The notes beneath the pieces were generated by a model. The model worked only from the letters and a program-made list of their open reading frames with translations. It did no database searches and had not been told where the DNA came from. Position numbers and translations under genes: made by a program. A stretch of 62,430 bases of DNA, counting the filler, from Choristocarpus tenellus KU-1152 (taxonomy: Eukaryota; Protista; Phaeophyceae), in assembly GCA_964200185.2 (NCBI GenBank). It is 7 parts of 7 records of this genome, joined end to end, with 100 filler letters (N's around TTAATTAATTAA, not from the genome) between each part and the next. Parts side by side here need not be neighbours in the genome. Positions count along the whole stretch, not along the records: positions 45,975 to 53,935 come from CAXNAD020005335.1; positions 54,036 to 62,430 come from CAXNAD020004763.1; 5 more parts are not named here. The stretch is one strand, 5' to 3'. Positions 48,648 to 60,321 of this stretch are shown here, in pieces. How positions within the stretch are numbered: the stretch's first letter is position 1; each line of letters begins with the position of its first letter.

Positions 48648-51600
48648 GTTTTTTGATTGTTTGTACATGGAAGGTCAATGCTTTCACTTTGCTCTTTGGA
48701 CTCTCTAAATTGACGTATCTTGATCTAAGTGACTATGAACTAGGTTGTTTGTTTGCTTGTTTGAAGATTTTGGAATAGTTGAATTGTGAGTAATATGCCG
48801 TATGAACCAAAAGGAAGGATTTTTTTTTTCACAGTTTAAGGGCTTACCTCTTGCGCGAAACTTGATGGTTGAGGACGGGGTGAGCCTAAAGGTTGCTGTT
48901 TGACGAGGACTAGATAACACCACGCCAAATATGTCAATGATTGCATGGATCTAACCTACGTTTCTGTTACCTGATCGTTTATCTCGGTACATCTCAACAC
49001 CTCTGGCACTTGACTAACGTTTTTATCGAGTACGATGAGTCTTAAACGTTTTTTGTCGAAAACCACTCAACTAGTAGTAGATCGAAAAGCTCTTACAGAG
49101 GCAAGACTGAATACTGCGAAATTATTTGAAGGGGTATGGATGCTGTGTCTGTGTACAGATATATTTTGTTTAATTTTCCAGTGGAGGGAAGGGAATTGTG
49201 TGTAGGGACCATGTATTCCAGATTTCGACTTGAAAAACATGAGCAATGACAGATTTTCCAGTGGGATGATGATATGTTCACAGTTGTGACTAGTCTTTTG
49301 TATAGTTTTGTTCAGGTAGTGGTATGCATTAGGAAGGAGGGTTGGTTGGTGAATGGTTTGATGTTCCGATGTTTGTTTGCTATGTTTGCGGATATTCCTT
49401 GTCATCTTCTCGTGTTGCATGCTGAAGGAATCCTTTGGTGTGTAGTGCCCTATTTGTCATGTGTTGACAAATGATGTATCAGAAATACGTTCTCTTCACA
49501 GAATCCTTTTTGACGATGGTGGAGTTTTCAGGTTTCGTAGAAAGATCAAAGGCATGATAGTCTTCAACAAAACATTGTTGACTCTCCTTTGGTCGCTTAA
49601 GTTGTGGTATAAAATACATGTAAACTGATGGTGACTGCTTGGCCCTACAGTAGTTTTCATAGAGTACATTCATGATTCGTTAAAAATAAGGAAGAGATCT
49701 GACAAAGAATATAATTTTGTATGCGTAGGATGGTAGATCCAGCACAACTTGCTCCATATCATTGTTCTCCATCATATTCGTCAAAATCGGAGAAAAAACA
49801 GGACTCTACTACCACACTGCTATCCTCCTATTCTCATTGGACGTTTCTGTTGTATCTCTTCTTTTGTCCTGGTTTGTTCTGTTCGCATCTCAATCTCCTT
49901 CAATCATTATGTTCGTGTTGTCTTCCAATTACTTGCTGCTGCTGCAGTTTATTCTTCTCGTTAAATACTCTATTCGACCTTTACTTCAATACTGTTTTAT
50001 CATCACTTTTGTTTTGTTTGGAGTTGCATTCATATTTTTATACTGCAATCACTTGCTCTAATATGATCGTAATATACTATTATAGTGCATGTATGCATCA
50101 ACAGATTTTTGCCATTTCAGATTCACATAGCATTTCTGGAAGGGTTTAGGTTTAGATAGTAGCACAACATGACTGGAACTGTTGGAGCAGTTGCGTTAGT
50201 CATAGTGTCCCATTGACACCTGATTTCTTTGTTGATGAGAAGCACAAAACAATCACTAAAAAAGTGAAGTCGTTTTAGAACTCAGGATCAACTCTGTCAC
50301 AACAAGAACGGTTGATATTCTAGTTTTATTTCTACTCAACTAGTAGATCGACCTAGACAGAAATTCCATTGCTAACAAATCCTCCTAGACATGCAGTTGA
50401 AGGTTGGTGCAGAGGAAAGTCAAATATATGAAACGGTGAGTGTATAGATTGGTTACTATCACCTTACCAAACCCCTACCCTACTCTGTAAATGTTTGAAT
50501 AAATTAGAAAGAACAAAAATGCTTTAATTTTTTCGTCAGCAGAAATAAGTTTTTCGAGAGATACGCTTGCGTCATGGTCTGTTGAGGACAACAATAATTA
50601 CAAAACATACCTACCCATAGGATTTTTTTAATAGAGTGGGTATATTTTTGTGTACAGAAAACGTTTGTTAAAATCGAAAATGTCACCCAATCCCACCGAT
50701 AATTACTAAAATAACCAGTTCTTGCGTGATCATGTGATAACCTCTGCTCTATCAAGAATAAATTACATAAACGTCAAGAATGCAAAACTTGGACCAAAAA
50801 TGTACTCTTGATAGAGTTATGAAAGGTTATATTAGAAAGGGGGATCCACCATGACCCTTAAGGCAATAATCATCTGTGTTGAAAGCTGAATCGAATGAGT
50901 CATGCTGTCGTGTGCAATGGATAGTTTGTGATGTGAAGAGGTGTCATAGAGCCGCAAAGCAGCGGTGAGTTCGTTCCGTTGAAACTGAAGTCATTGCTTG
51001 CTCAGTCAGAAGATGGACGATGTGAATTCAAGGGTCTTCCTTGATACACTCAAAGGAAAAAATGCATGCTCTAAGAAAATACGTGGTACCTTGCCAGACA
51101 AGGACTTTCTGTGGATGTTTTAACTCTCAATATATCCCATAGATGTGTGTATCAGGTACATTTCACGCCGAGTGAGGTTGGTGTCTTCTGAGGCAGCAAT
51201 GCCAACCAAGAAATATTATTATCAACACATTATGTACAACTGAAGACTTCTGATGTGAAGAAGAAGGAAGGATAAACAAAGAAACAACATAACACGTCTG
51301 ACGTATATCAAGCGACACACATTATTATGATTGTGTGTGTGATGGGGTTACCAACTCTTCTCATGCTTCGTATGTACTGGGGTGTCCTGAAGATAGTTGA
51401 TGGTGTTGTGATGATGAGCTAGTGGTACACGTGAAAGAAAAAAACAGTACAGTGGACCAACCAACAGGCAGTATGGACTGGTGCCACTGTATCGTGTCAA
51501 GAAGAAACAAATGAGTACTATGATTTAACATTCTGCGTCACAAGAGAGGTTGTAGGTGGGAATAGAAAATAAACTTGTGGACGCGTCCGTTTCTGGAAGG

Positions 51601-52696
51601 TGTTTGATCATGTAATGTCACGAGGAGGAGAATAAGGAGGGCTGAGAATACATTCAATGGATGATAGTAAAATGAATGTACCTGATGACTATATCTCTCT
51701 ATTTTGGTTTACCCATACCATGACCTCTTTTCTTTAGATGTACTTTCGTATTATGGATAGGACGAGAAACTGCACCTATCACAATTTATTCTTAAATGTC
51801 ATTTGGACACCATAAACTGTTTTGGTCCACAAAAAACATGGCATGCGCGTACCAGCAGCAAAGTAATAGTAACAATGGATTGTTCCACAAAGACCAAGTC
51901 CTCAAGCCCCCACGCTTCAAACCAGGCTCAATTGTTTTTCTTTCAAAAACGTTTTTCTCTGCGTGCAAGCGCTGACGATCCAACAAGACAGTGAAAGAAT
52001 CCGTGAGCCAACAAGTTGAGCTTGTGGAGGGCATAGCTGAGAGCTTGTCGAGGCCTGTACAATATTTATGCACGGCCCTGTTTTATCAAGGAGGTCGGAT
52101 CTTCAACACAGTGACGTTCAAAGTAGGGGATGGAATATTGGGTGTGCAGTCTATGATGTACCTCTACAGCACTTAATCATGGAAGGGACCAAGTCCACTA
52201 ACTGCGTCTGTGCAAGTCGAGGGAATGGTTCCTGATAGGTTGTCCTCGTGCAGTTTGGTTTGTAAGTAGGTCATGTAGGATATTCTCCCACAGGCAAGAA
52301 ATTGCACTACAGGTCGTTGAGTAGATGGGTGGTGAAGAAGACCAAAACAATGAAACACACAAAATTGAAATGTACATTGAGACCGGATCTGCTTCAGAGA
52401 ATTACAACAGTAGTACTGGGGATAACACCAGTGTAGTCGCACAACTCCTCAGATACAGACATCAATCAATTCTCGGTTGGTCTGTATCCGTGTGAGTCCT
52501 GGGGGTACTTCCCTGGTTAACAGAGAGGCGTAGGTGTTTAGAGCATCAAGAGCACGACCCTCTCAACCAGTATTCATTTGACAATGATGTACCTCTCATT
52601 GTAGAAAATTCATCCCTGTTTCAGGACTTAGAACATGCCCAGCTTTGTGATCTAGATATAGATAGTTAGGAATGGTCTATCCATCAAACACACACT

Positions 52697-53019
52697 CTAC
52701 ACACACCATTCGTCATGATACATACTGGAGTACAATGTACAGAGTATCTTCCACTGTCTTGGCATCGTTTTATTGAGGAAGCATTTGTACTTTTCCGCAT
52801 GCTGTTGGGGATGTGTTTTGGGTATCGAAGAACATCTTTGCGGTGGTATATTTCTCGCAATCCTAGGACACGTTTTTCGCAATAATGTTTTTACGATGGT
52901 CACATAATAGTTTTTTATATCTTTGTGGTGCACTGTACCATCGTTTCCTATATATTTTTGCAACCTTTTTTCACATGTTGAAGAGTGTGTACAATTCTAT
53001 GCCATTTTCTCCCACTCTT
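52697..53019 (-). pseudogene. Possible TVpol (family-A-like primase/polymerase of polinton-like viruses and virophages) fragment
   Basis: GRKWHRIVHTLQHVKK, a frameshift at the A6 run 52966-52971, then RLQKYIGNDGTVHHKDIKNYYVTIVKTLL. This resembles GRxY..SLQxL.KxIRxxL....DIDIxNxHPxIL. Confidence 0.35.
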
Positions 53020-55820
53020 CTACGGTGCTGATGAATGTGGTGTGTAGAGGTTAGGTTTACATTGTTGTACCTATCAGTTGTGGAGACATAAATTGTATGC
53101 AACATGGTGTTCATGTACCATCATTGTATCTGTTAGTAGAAAATTCGAAGTCACGTTGAATATGTTGGTATGACTGTATGCAATGGCGAGTATAGATTAT
53201 CTCACGGCTTAATCTTTGTGGAGTGGTTCATATAGTTATCACAAGAACAGATGTTCAAGAATCGTACAGGTATACAACATTGGACGAACACGTAGTAGAT
53301 TAAATGTGAAATTTTATACAGGATATCTCACTCCGATATTTTTCCTGGTGTATATGTCAGTCAGTGTTTGACAGACCGCTCCCTGAATCATCAGCCGACC
53401 CCTTCTACCAAGGCGCGCAGCCTATCCCTGCTACTACCAGTCCTAATGAAACTTGATGTATGACTGCGATGTGTCCCCCGGCCCTCAAAGGAAGGCTGGG
53501 TTGGTGGTGCGGGGCGGGATGGTTGTTACTCCACAACGGTAGTACTTGGTTGACAGCATCCCAGAAAATAAGCACCTTGGGGTCACTACTGCGAGGAAAT
53601 CCCAGATGAGTTCATCGCCTGGGCAGGTGAGCCCAAGGTCGTTTCTCTGTCTCCGTCTGTGTTTTGGGTGTCCAAGAACTGTGCACAAGATATCAATAGG
53701 TGACTTGACCCTAACTTGAGGAGCAACATTCCTTGGGCGCTGAGGCATGGAGTGGTGGCGAGTGATTATTGAGGAGAGAAGGACGTATTTTATTTTTTTG
53801 AAGGGTACGCAAAACGTTTCTGTGGGAATCTGGACAGCCTGGTGTGCACGCGACAAGACACGAAGAAGAGAAGAGTGCATTTTGTTGTTGTTGTTGTTGT
53901 TGTTGTGAGTGTGGGAGGGTGGCGTGGATTTATTGNNNNNNNNNNNNNNNNNNNNNNNNNNNNNNNNNNNNNNNNNNNNTTAATTAATTAANNNNNNNNN
54001 NNNNNNNNNNNNNNNNNNNNNNNNNNNNNNNNNNNGGTGAGAGAATAAGCTGTGCAAGAACTGTACAACCCCCCACCCCTCGCCCCCCGCCCATTCCCCT
54101 GACTTGTTTTTGTTGATGAAACGTGCATGTGTAGGTGGCATTTGTTTGGGGTTTTTTCAATGCCGGGGTGCATGCACTGACTGATTTATGCAGTCTTGAA
54201 GTAAGCAAGGTGAGGATTGAGAGCGCTTCAAAATGAGGTTGTACATTTTGTTTGAATGAGGGTTACACTCCCTCTAAGTCGGGTCTGCTAATGTGGTTAT
54301 CGCATGCCTGGTGCTTTGTGCGCGCGCGCGCGTGTATTTAGGTGTTTGTACAGATTTTCATGGAATTACTTAACAAGCGTTTGACTTGAAGGGGAACTTA
54401 AGCTTTACATGAGCTGGTGGTGGTCTTGACATTGGAATGGTTGCACGTGCAGTGTTAACTTAAGGTGGATAACAACCGACTCCGGCACACTCCTGATCAT
54501 GAATATACATATATATATATATATATATATCCCTGCCTTCCTATCCCACCCCCCTACTTTCCATCCTCATTTTCCGCACCTGCTTGGCCCACTCGGGTTA
54601 TGTTTTGACTCTGTAATCAATATACACACACTACCACAGCACCCGGGCTACACAGGTGTGGTTGGGGGCACCCCTTTGGAACGTGCCCTGTGCAATGAGA
54701 TCATGCATCAGCGTGCTATGATAGAGTGTCTTAGGCGGAAGGTCGAGGTTCCATAGTGAATAAAAGCACCAGAGCTGTTTAATGTCGATAGTGAATCAGG
54801 TATCACGTTTCTTGATTATTTTCAATTGTATAGTGGTATTGTAGGACTGGTGACCACCACATTGTGGACGGGGGGGGGAGACTGGGTGAACCTTGGGTTG
54901 GGAAACTTGGAGGGGCAGTGGAAAACGTAAATGAGGTGCAAGTCCGTTGGCTGTTGAATTGATGGTGGTTGGGTTCAGAAGCGTTGTTCATAGATAAGTT
55001 TCGTTGATCATGGTGAATGTCTACAGCATGGACTTTTGTGTTTGTGAGAGTGTGTGTGTGATGGGCTTTTCATTTGGGGAGGTTTGTTTTGAAGTTGATG
55101 TTGATGTCGATGTAATTCCTTGATGCTATTACCAGCACTGCTGTATCAAAAGCATCGCCTTGGTCGATGGTGAGTGAGGCAGCAGGGGTAGTTGTAGTTT
55201 AACCCATGGTTGGAGAGGGGATGGTGTAATTTGAACCTATTGCTAAAGGCGGTCCTCTTGCCCAACAATCTTTTTTTCCCTAAGATCTACTTCAAAGTAT
55301 GTATTTTATAGATATGGGGGAGTGACCTGACTGAGAAGCTGCGCCTTTTTGAGGAAGGGTTTTCAAGGCAATTGAACAAAGCTACTCGCTTTGATATCAT
55401 TTCCCCCATTCCACTCCTAGTTTTTTTTTGCTGGACTGTTTGAGGTTCTGACTTGTGGCAATGAGCTTCAGGGAAGTAATTGGCCTGACTAGCAGAAGTT
55501 TTGACATGGTGGTCACTTTCATCCATTGTGTCCCTTGGTGATTAGTAAATGTGTTCTCCTTCTTATGTTTATTGCAGTCAGAGTAATGTTACTTACGTAC
55601 TTTTGGCGTGCTGTACAATCAGTCAGGATCAGTACAGGCAGCGATATTTTGATGTTTCTAGTCTCTTCCTCCCTCTCGGTAGCAGCCTTGTGTATCATCT
55701 AATAATGGATCAGATATATTATAAATCTCTTGCTACTATTGTCTTATTGTGTGTTCTTGACTCAAATGTCATGTGACATAGAACACGCCTTACGCATGTT
55801 TTCATTCTCGATTGTTGTTA

Positions 55821-56078
55821 GAGTGAAAGCATCTTAGAGGGTATGATTTTTGCCCTGTTTGTCCACTTGGGGCTTTGCTTCCCACGGGTTTTTAATGACA
55901 TTTTACCCACTCCAAGATGTTCCGGAGTAGGTAAAATGTATACATTATGAAAAGGTGTGTGCGGAACAAGGATATTGACATCTTCTAAGAAACATGATAG
56001 CCAAAATTACATCAAATTGTAACATTAGATTTTGGCCCCGAAATGGATGCGACTCTACCCTCTAAGGTACTTTGCCTT
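55821..56078 (-). mobile_element. MITE family A
   Basis: Both TIRs; 4-bp TSD GTTA/GTTA. Confidence 0.9.
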
Positions 56079-56123
56079 GTTAGTGTATCATAAATTATGT
56101 GTGTCTGAATTGAGCATTGCAGA

Positions 56124-56382
56124 GAGTGAAAGTATCTTAGAGGGTACGAGTTTTTCCCTTTTTGTCCATTTGGGGCTTGGCTTCCCACGGGGTTTTTTAT
56201 GACATTTTTCTACTCTAAAATGTTTCGGAGTAGGTAAAATGTATATGCTATGAGAAAGTGTATCCGGAACGAGGATATTGACCTCTCCTAACAAACATGA
56301 TAGCCAAAATTACATTAAAATCGCAACATTGGATTTTGTCCCCCAAATGGACGCGGCTCTACCCTCTAAGATACATTGTCCA
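56124..56382 (-). mobile_element. MITE family A
   Basis: Second copy 45 bp from the first; one terminus is eroded. Confidence 0.85.
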
Positions 56383-57566
56383 AGGTGTGTAAGTTTTGTT
56401 GGGCCGTTCTCCAGTCGTGCTAGAAGGAAATGTGTGCACACAACATGTTACTGCTCTACACCAAGAGAACCTATGGGGGTGACTGTTGCTCAAAGGTTGG
56501 CACAATACTTCAGTTGTGTGATTTTTCATTTTGCACTGCTTTGCAGTTAGGGACTAGAAGGTGGTGGAAGGATGGCTTGGTTTGTTGTAATGTTTGTTTT
56601 ACTGCTTCATGCACACATATGTGACAAACGTATCATGATAATTAGGTGAGTTTATTGAAATGTGCTCTTTCGTGGTCTGGAGGAAAATCAAGAAAGTAGC
56701 ATTAGGACTGGAATAGGTACAAAATTTGTACCATACGCATACACATTTACAGGTAGCATTTTGATTTGGTATTTGATTATTTCTGTGAAAATATTACCTA
56801 TGTCTGGATGTATGCATGCGATGACAGTGGTGTAGAGGATACAATGTAGGTACCATGCCAACAAAGAAGGGGAGATGTGTAATGTGCATCCTTGAGTCGC
56901 AAGGATTGCAGAAACATAGTAGGCACAGCAGTCCAAGAAGAATTGTGTTCAGGAACAAACACACTCAGAAGAAGATAGGTGTAGTGGTGCCTGATGAAAA
57001 AATGTGTTTGCATGCCTGTTGTGAAGAGCGGAGCTCCCATAACTAAGTTTTCCCGCGAGGAACATGAAGGCACATCATATATTATTTGTCACAATATTGT
57101 ACAGCCATCAGAACGTTGTGTCTCATTTTCATCGGATTGGATATTCTTGAACAATCAGCAAAATCGGACATGAGTAGGTCGACTACTATTCACAGAGCAT
57201 GTGCTAGGTCCACCCCCTTCAAGTTGCTCCCCAAAAAACAGTCACGGCAAGAGCCTAAGGCGTCTAGGGCTCTTCACCTTCTCCAGCCAGCAGAATATCA
57301 CCACGAAACAAGCACATGGATCAACTAACGTTGGACAGGATTACATATCACAAGGCACTTGCAATTCATTCAATGCTAAAATGCGTGCCATGCATGATCA
57401 TGACCGAATTTAGATTCATTTATGCGTAGGTCCTGCAGCCAAATCCCGGTCCTCGATCTTTAACCTATTCCGTCCCTCTACACAATGGAACTCTCATCAT
57501 TCTCTTCTCCTCTAGTACATTCCTCTATTCAGTTGTGGCAAATGCATCACCAAGGACTCCGGGGTA

Positions 57567-58154
57567 TCAGATCGTGAGATCCAGCCAGTCTTGATAATAG
57601 ACGATTTTCGATGTCTTTTTATTCGCACAAAACTTGGCCTTGCGACTGACACTTTCTCCTCTCTTCAGTGCACAAGGTCCATCGTTCGCAACATGATCTG
57701 TGGAACCTCCCATCACGACCTTCTGTAAGAGGGGTGGAATAGCAGCTGGCTGGATAGGTACCAGCGACGCAACGTAGAGCAGAAAACAAAATGCCAATAC
57801 CTGTAGCGTTGCCCGCACTATGGCACGGTCGATCCCTAAGGGTACTCTGACACCAACCTCTTGGATAGGGGCCTCCTCCACCTGTTCCTGGGCCACGAAA
57901 GAAGCAAGATCCACCTCACGTCCTTCTGGTGGTGGGAGAGGAACCTGAAGGACAGGAGGTGGATTCCCTGTCGTGAAGTCGACACCACAGGTGATGCATT
58001 TCGCCACGCTGGGAGGAACTCCTGTACCATATAGCTCCCTGAAGCAGTGTGGGTGGACAGGGTGTCCACAAGGTGGCATCATACTTTCTTTGAATGGGTC
58101 TTCCATACAGTAAGGGCACTCATCAACCTCGTAGTGAGGAGCGATGGACGTCAT
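57567..58154 (-). CDS. Intronless RING-H2 finger protein with a C-terminal hydrophobic segment (195 aa)
   Basis: CPYC...PPCGHPVHPHC...CITC fits C3H2C3; the hydrophobic stretch LQVLAFCFLLYVASLVPI follows; ATG to stop without introns. Confidence 0.7.
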   Translation of the reverse strand: MTSIAPHYEVDECPYCMEDPFKESMMPPCGHPVHPHCFRELYGTGVPPSVAKCITCGVDFTTGNPPPVLQVPLPPPEGREVDLASFVAQEQVEEAPIQEVGVRVPLGIDRAIVRATLQVLAFCFLLYVASLVPIQPAAIPPLLQKVVMGGSTDHVANDGPCALKRGESVSRKAKFCANKKTSKIVYYQDWLDLTI

Positions 58155-59034
58155 TATTGTTGCCTATGCTCCAGAGTACTAACAATAGTGCACTTGTGTG
58201 TGACAAATCCGTGATGATGGGTAATCATAGATGTGCTCGTCGGTTTCATAAATAGGTTCTTGGAAGTACTTGTCGTAGTGTTGTGGAAGTCGGTTTCACC
58301 TGCAAGTAAGTACTTCGCAATATTTAGATGAAACAAAATTAGAAATGATTGACCGACATTTCATATACAACTGGTTACGCAATCTCTGAAGGTGTCACAA
58401 AATCAGACAAAACCCTTTCAAAAGAGTAAATAAATGTTGATCTTGACCCTTCATTTTCTGTTTTTTTGTGCATGTAAAACAAAAACGAAAATGGTAATCC
58501 ATCCCTCCCTCTCACAACTTGGTTACTGCCATGCAATGATAAACATATTAATTAATGTGGTGTCACTTTTGTGTGTGGAAAGGGGGAATAAAAATGTCGC
58601 CTATATATACTATTGCGTACGTTATGCAATGAAATAGGGCGTATTGCACAAGGAAGAAAAGATGGCTTAGAATGCAAGAGGATCCAAACCTGCCTGCCTC
58701 TCAGTTGTTTTGGCTCGATAATAATAGACAACCAAGTCCATGATCATAATCCCCATCAATGATGTATGTTCATTTTCTTTTTTCGGCACCTACTAATGGC
58801 ATTGTGGAATGAATTTAGGCGTGGAGCGCGCCATTAGCAAACATCACAAAGGGGTGCAAGACCTCCTGTTATATCATTGTTTACACGACTTGGTCCCCCA
58901 AGTCATCCGAGTCTCGCACCCTCTCACTTCCAGGCATTGTGCCACCATACTGTTCTTCATTGGGGTGTTAGAGTCTGGGCCTCGGACAAACTTCTGGGCT
59001 AAAGACTTGTGATCAATGTGCAATGACGGGATGA

Positions 59035-59212
59035 GGGTCAAAGTATCTGGAAGGGGGGTGTCGGCGTCCGTTTTTCACCCTTTTTTCAATTTTCACTTTT
59101 TTGGTGTGATTTGGTCGCACGTGTCGGATTTGAAATGTGCAAAAAAAAGAGTTGTCTGACCGAAATGGACGCGACCTCACAAACCACCCTCCCCCCGCAG
59201 ATACTTTGACCC
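59035..59212 (+). mobile_element. MITE family B (178 bp), complete
   Basis: Perfect TIRs GGGTCAAAGTATCTG / CAGATACTTTGACCC; TSD TGA/TGA. Confidence 0.9.
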
Positions 59213-59884
59213 TGAGTGAGTCGCTCGAATGACAGGGGTCCTTCACCCTAGGCATTCGAATAAACACCCACTTTGACAGTTTTCGTGAGGTTTTTGAACC
59301 CTGTAGAAATGTGACTTGGTCGACTTTGCACTGGTGACCCTTCACAGTCATGATAGCCCACCATCTCAAACTTTGCACATGTTTAAGTATCCCACACTGG
59401 ACCCGCGCCTTTTGGTGCTTTAATGAAGGACAAAGAACAGCTTGATGTAGATGAACAAAGTTAATATTATAAGGGGCCTTATGTGGGTGAGACAATACCC
59501 TGGACTACCATTATTATTTCTATAGTGTGGGGTTTGTAATCTTCCAAACTAATTTACTATGAATCGTTTATTTACTTGTCTTAAGTATAGGAAGTGTATC
59601 TTGAACATGATATAAAAACCAATCAACACTATGAGTCAGTACATACTACATATCTTTCACTGGCTCTCCATCCTATTATCTAATCCACCAGTGGCGTCTA
59701 TGTGTATCAGCAGCACTATCTACGAACAGTACACCTCCCAATCTATATGAAAACTAAGCCTCGTCTGGAATGTTGATCACTTGGGTCGTTCTTTGGTGAG
59801 AACGGAGTTTGCAAAAGTTTTTTTACATTTTCATACTGAACGGAGGAAGTAATTATTAAGACCACAAATAATGCACTTCAAATA

Positions 59885-60321
59885 GAGCCAAAGTATCTTA
59901 GAGGGTAGAGTTGCGTCCATTTTGGGGCCCAAAATCCAATGTTGCAATTTTAGTGTAATCTTGGCTATCGTTTTTTTTAGGAGATGTCAATGTCCTTGTT
60001 CCGGACACTCCTTTTCATAACATACACATTTTACCTACTCCGAAATATTTTTACCCTGCTGTCAAAAAGTTGCACAACATTCTAACTTTGGACACACACA
60101 GCTGTATGTAGTCTGTATTGCCGTGTGATTCCGAATCAGCTCTCACACTGCCAAATCGTCATGATTAAAAAAATGAAGGTAAATAGTAATATGTATATAG
60201 TACAGAATTGAGACCAAAAAATATTTTTGGAGCAGGTAAAATGTCATTAAAAACATGTGGGCAGATAAGCCCCAAATGGACAAACAGGAAAAAAATCTTA
60301 CCCTCTGAGATACTTTCACTC
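59885..60321 (+). mobile_element. MITE family A interrupted by a ~170-bp insert
   Basis: Left part to ~60052, right part from ~60227; the insert is flanked by the direct repeat AAATATTTTT. Confidence 0.8.

Larger units (their letters stand above)
45994..48745 (+). repeat. Tandem array of ~630-bp intron+LRR-exon cassettes
   Basis: Recurring intron motifs (GTTGAGGTATGTAG, GAATTGGATGTGTACT, TGTTAAGGACTACAAGA, TGTTCTTGTTCATTTTG, TTTGCTTGTTTGTACATGGAA) around LRR exons at 46483, 47373, 48576 and ~48692. Confidence 0.85.

Noticed and set aside
54640-54756. Possible terminal exon HPGYTGVVGG...RKVEVP*
   Set aside because: Plausible acceptor and stop, but no recognisable domain or upstream exons to support a call.
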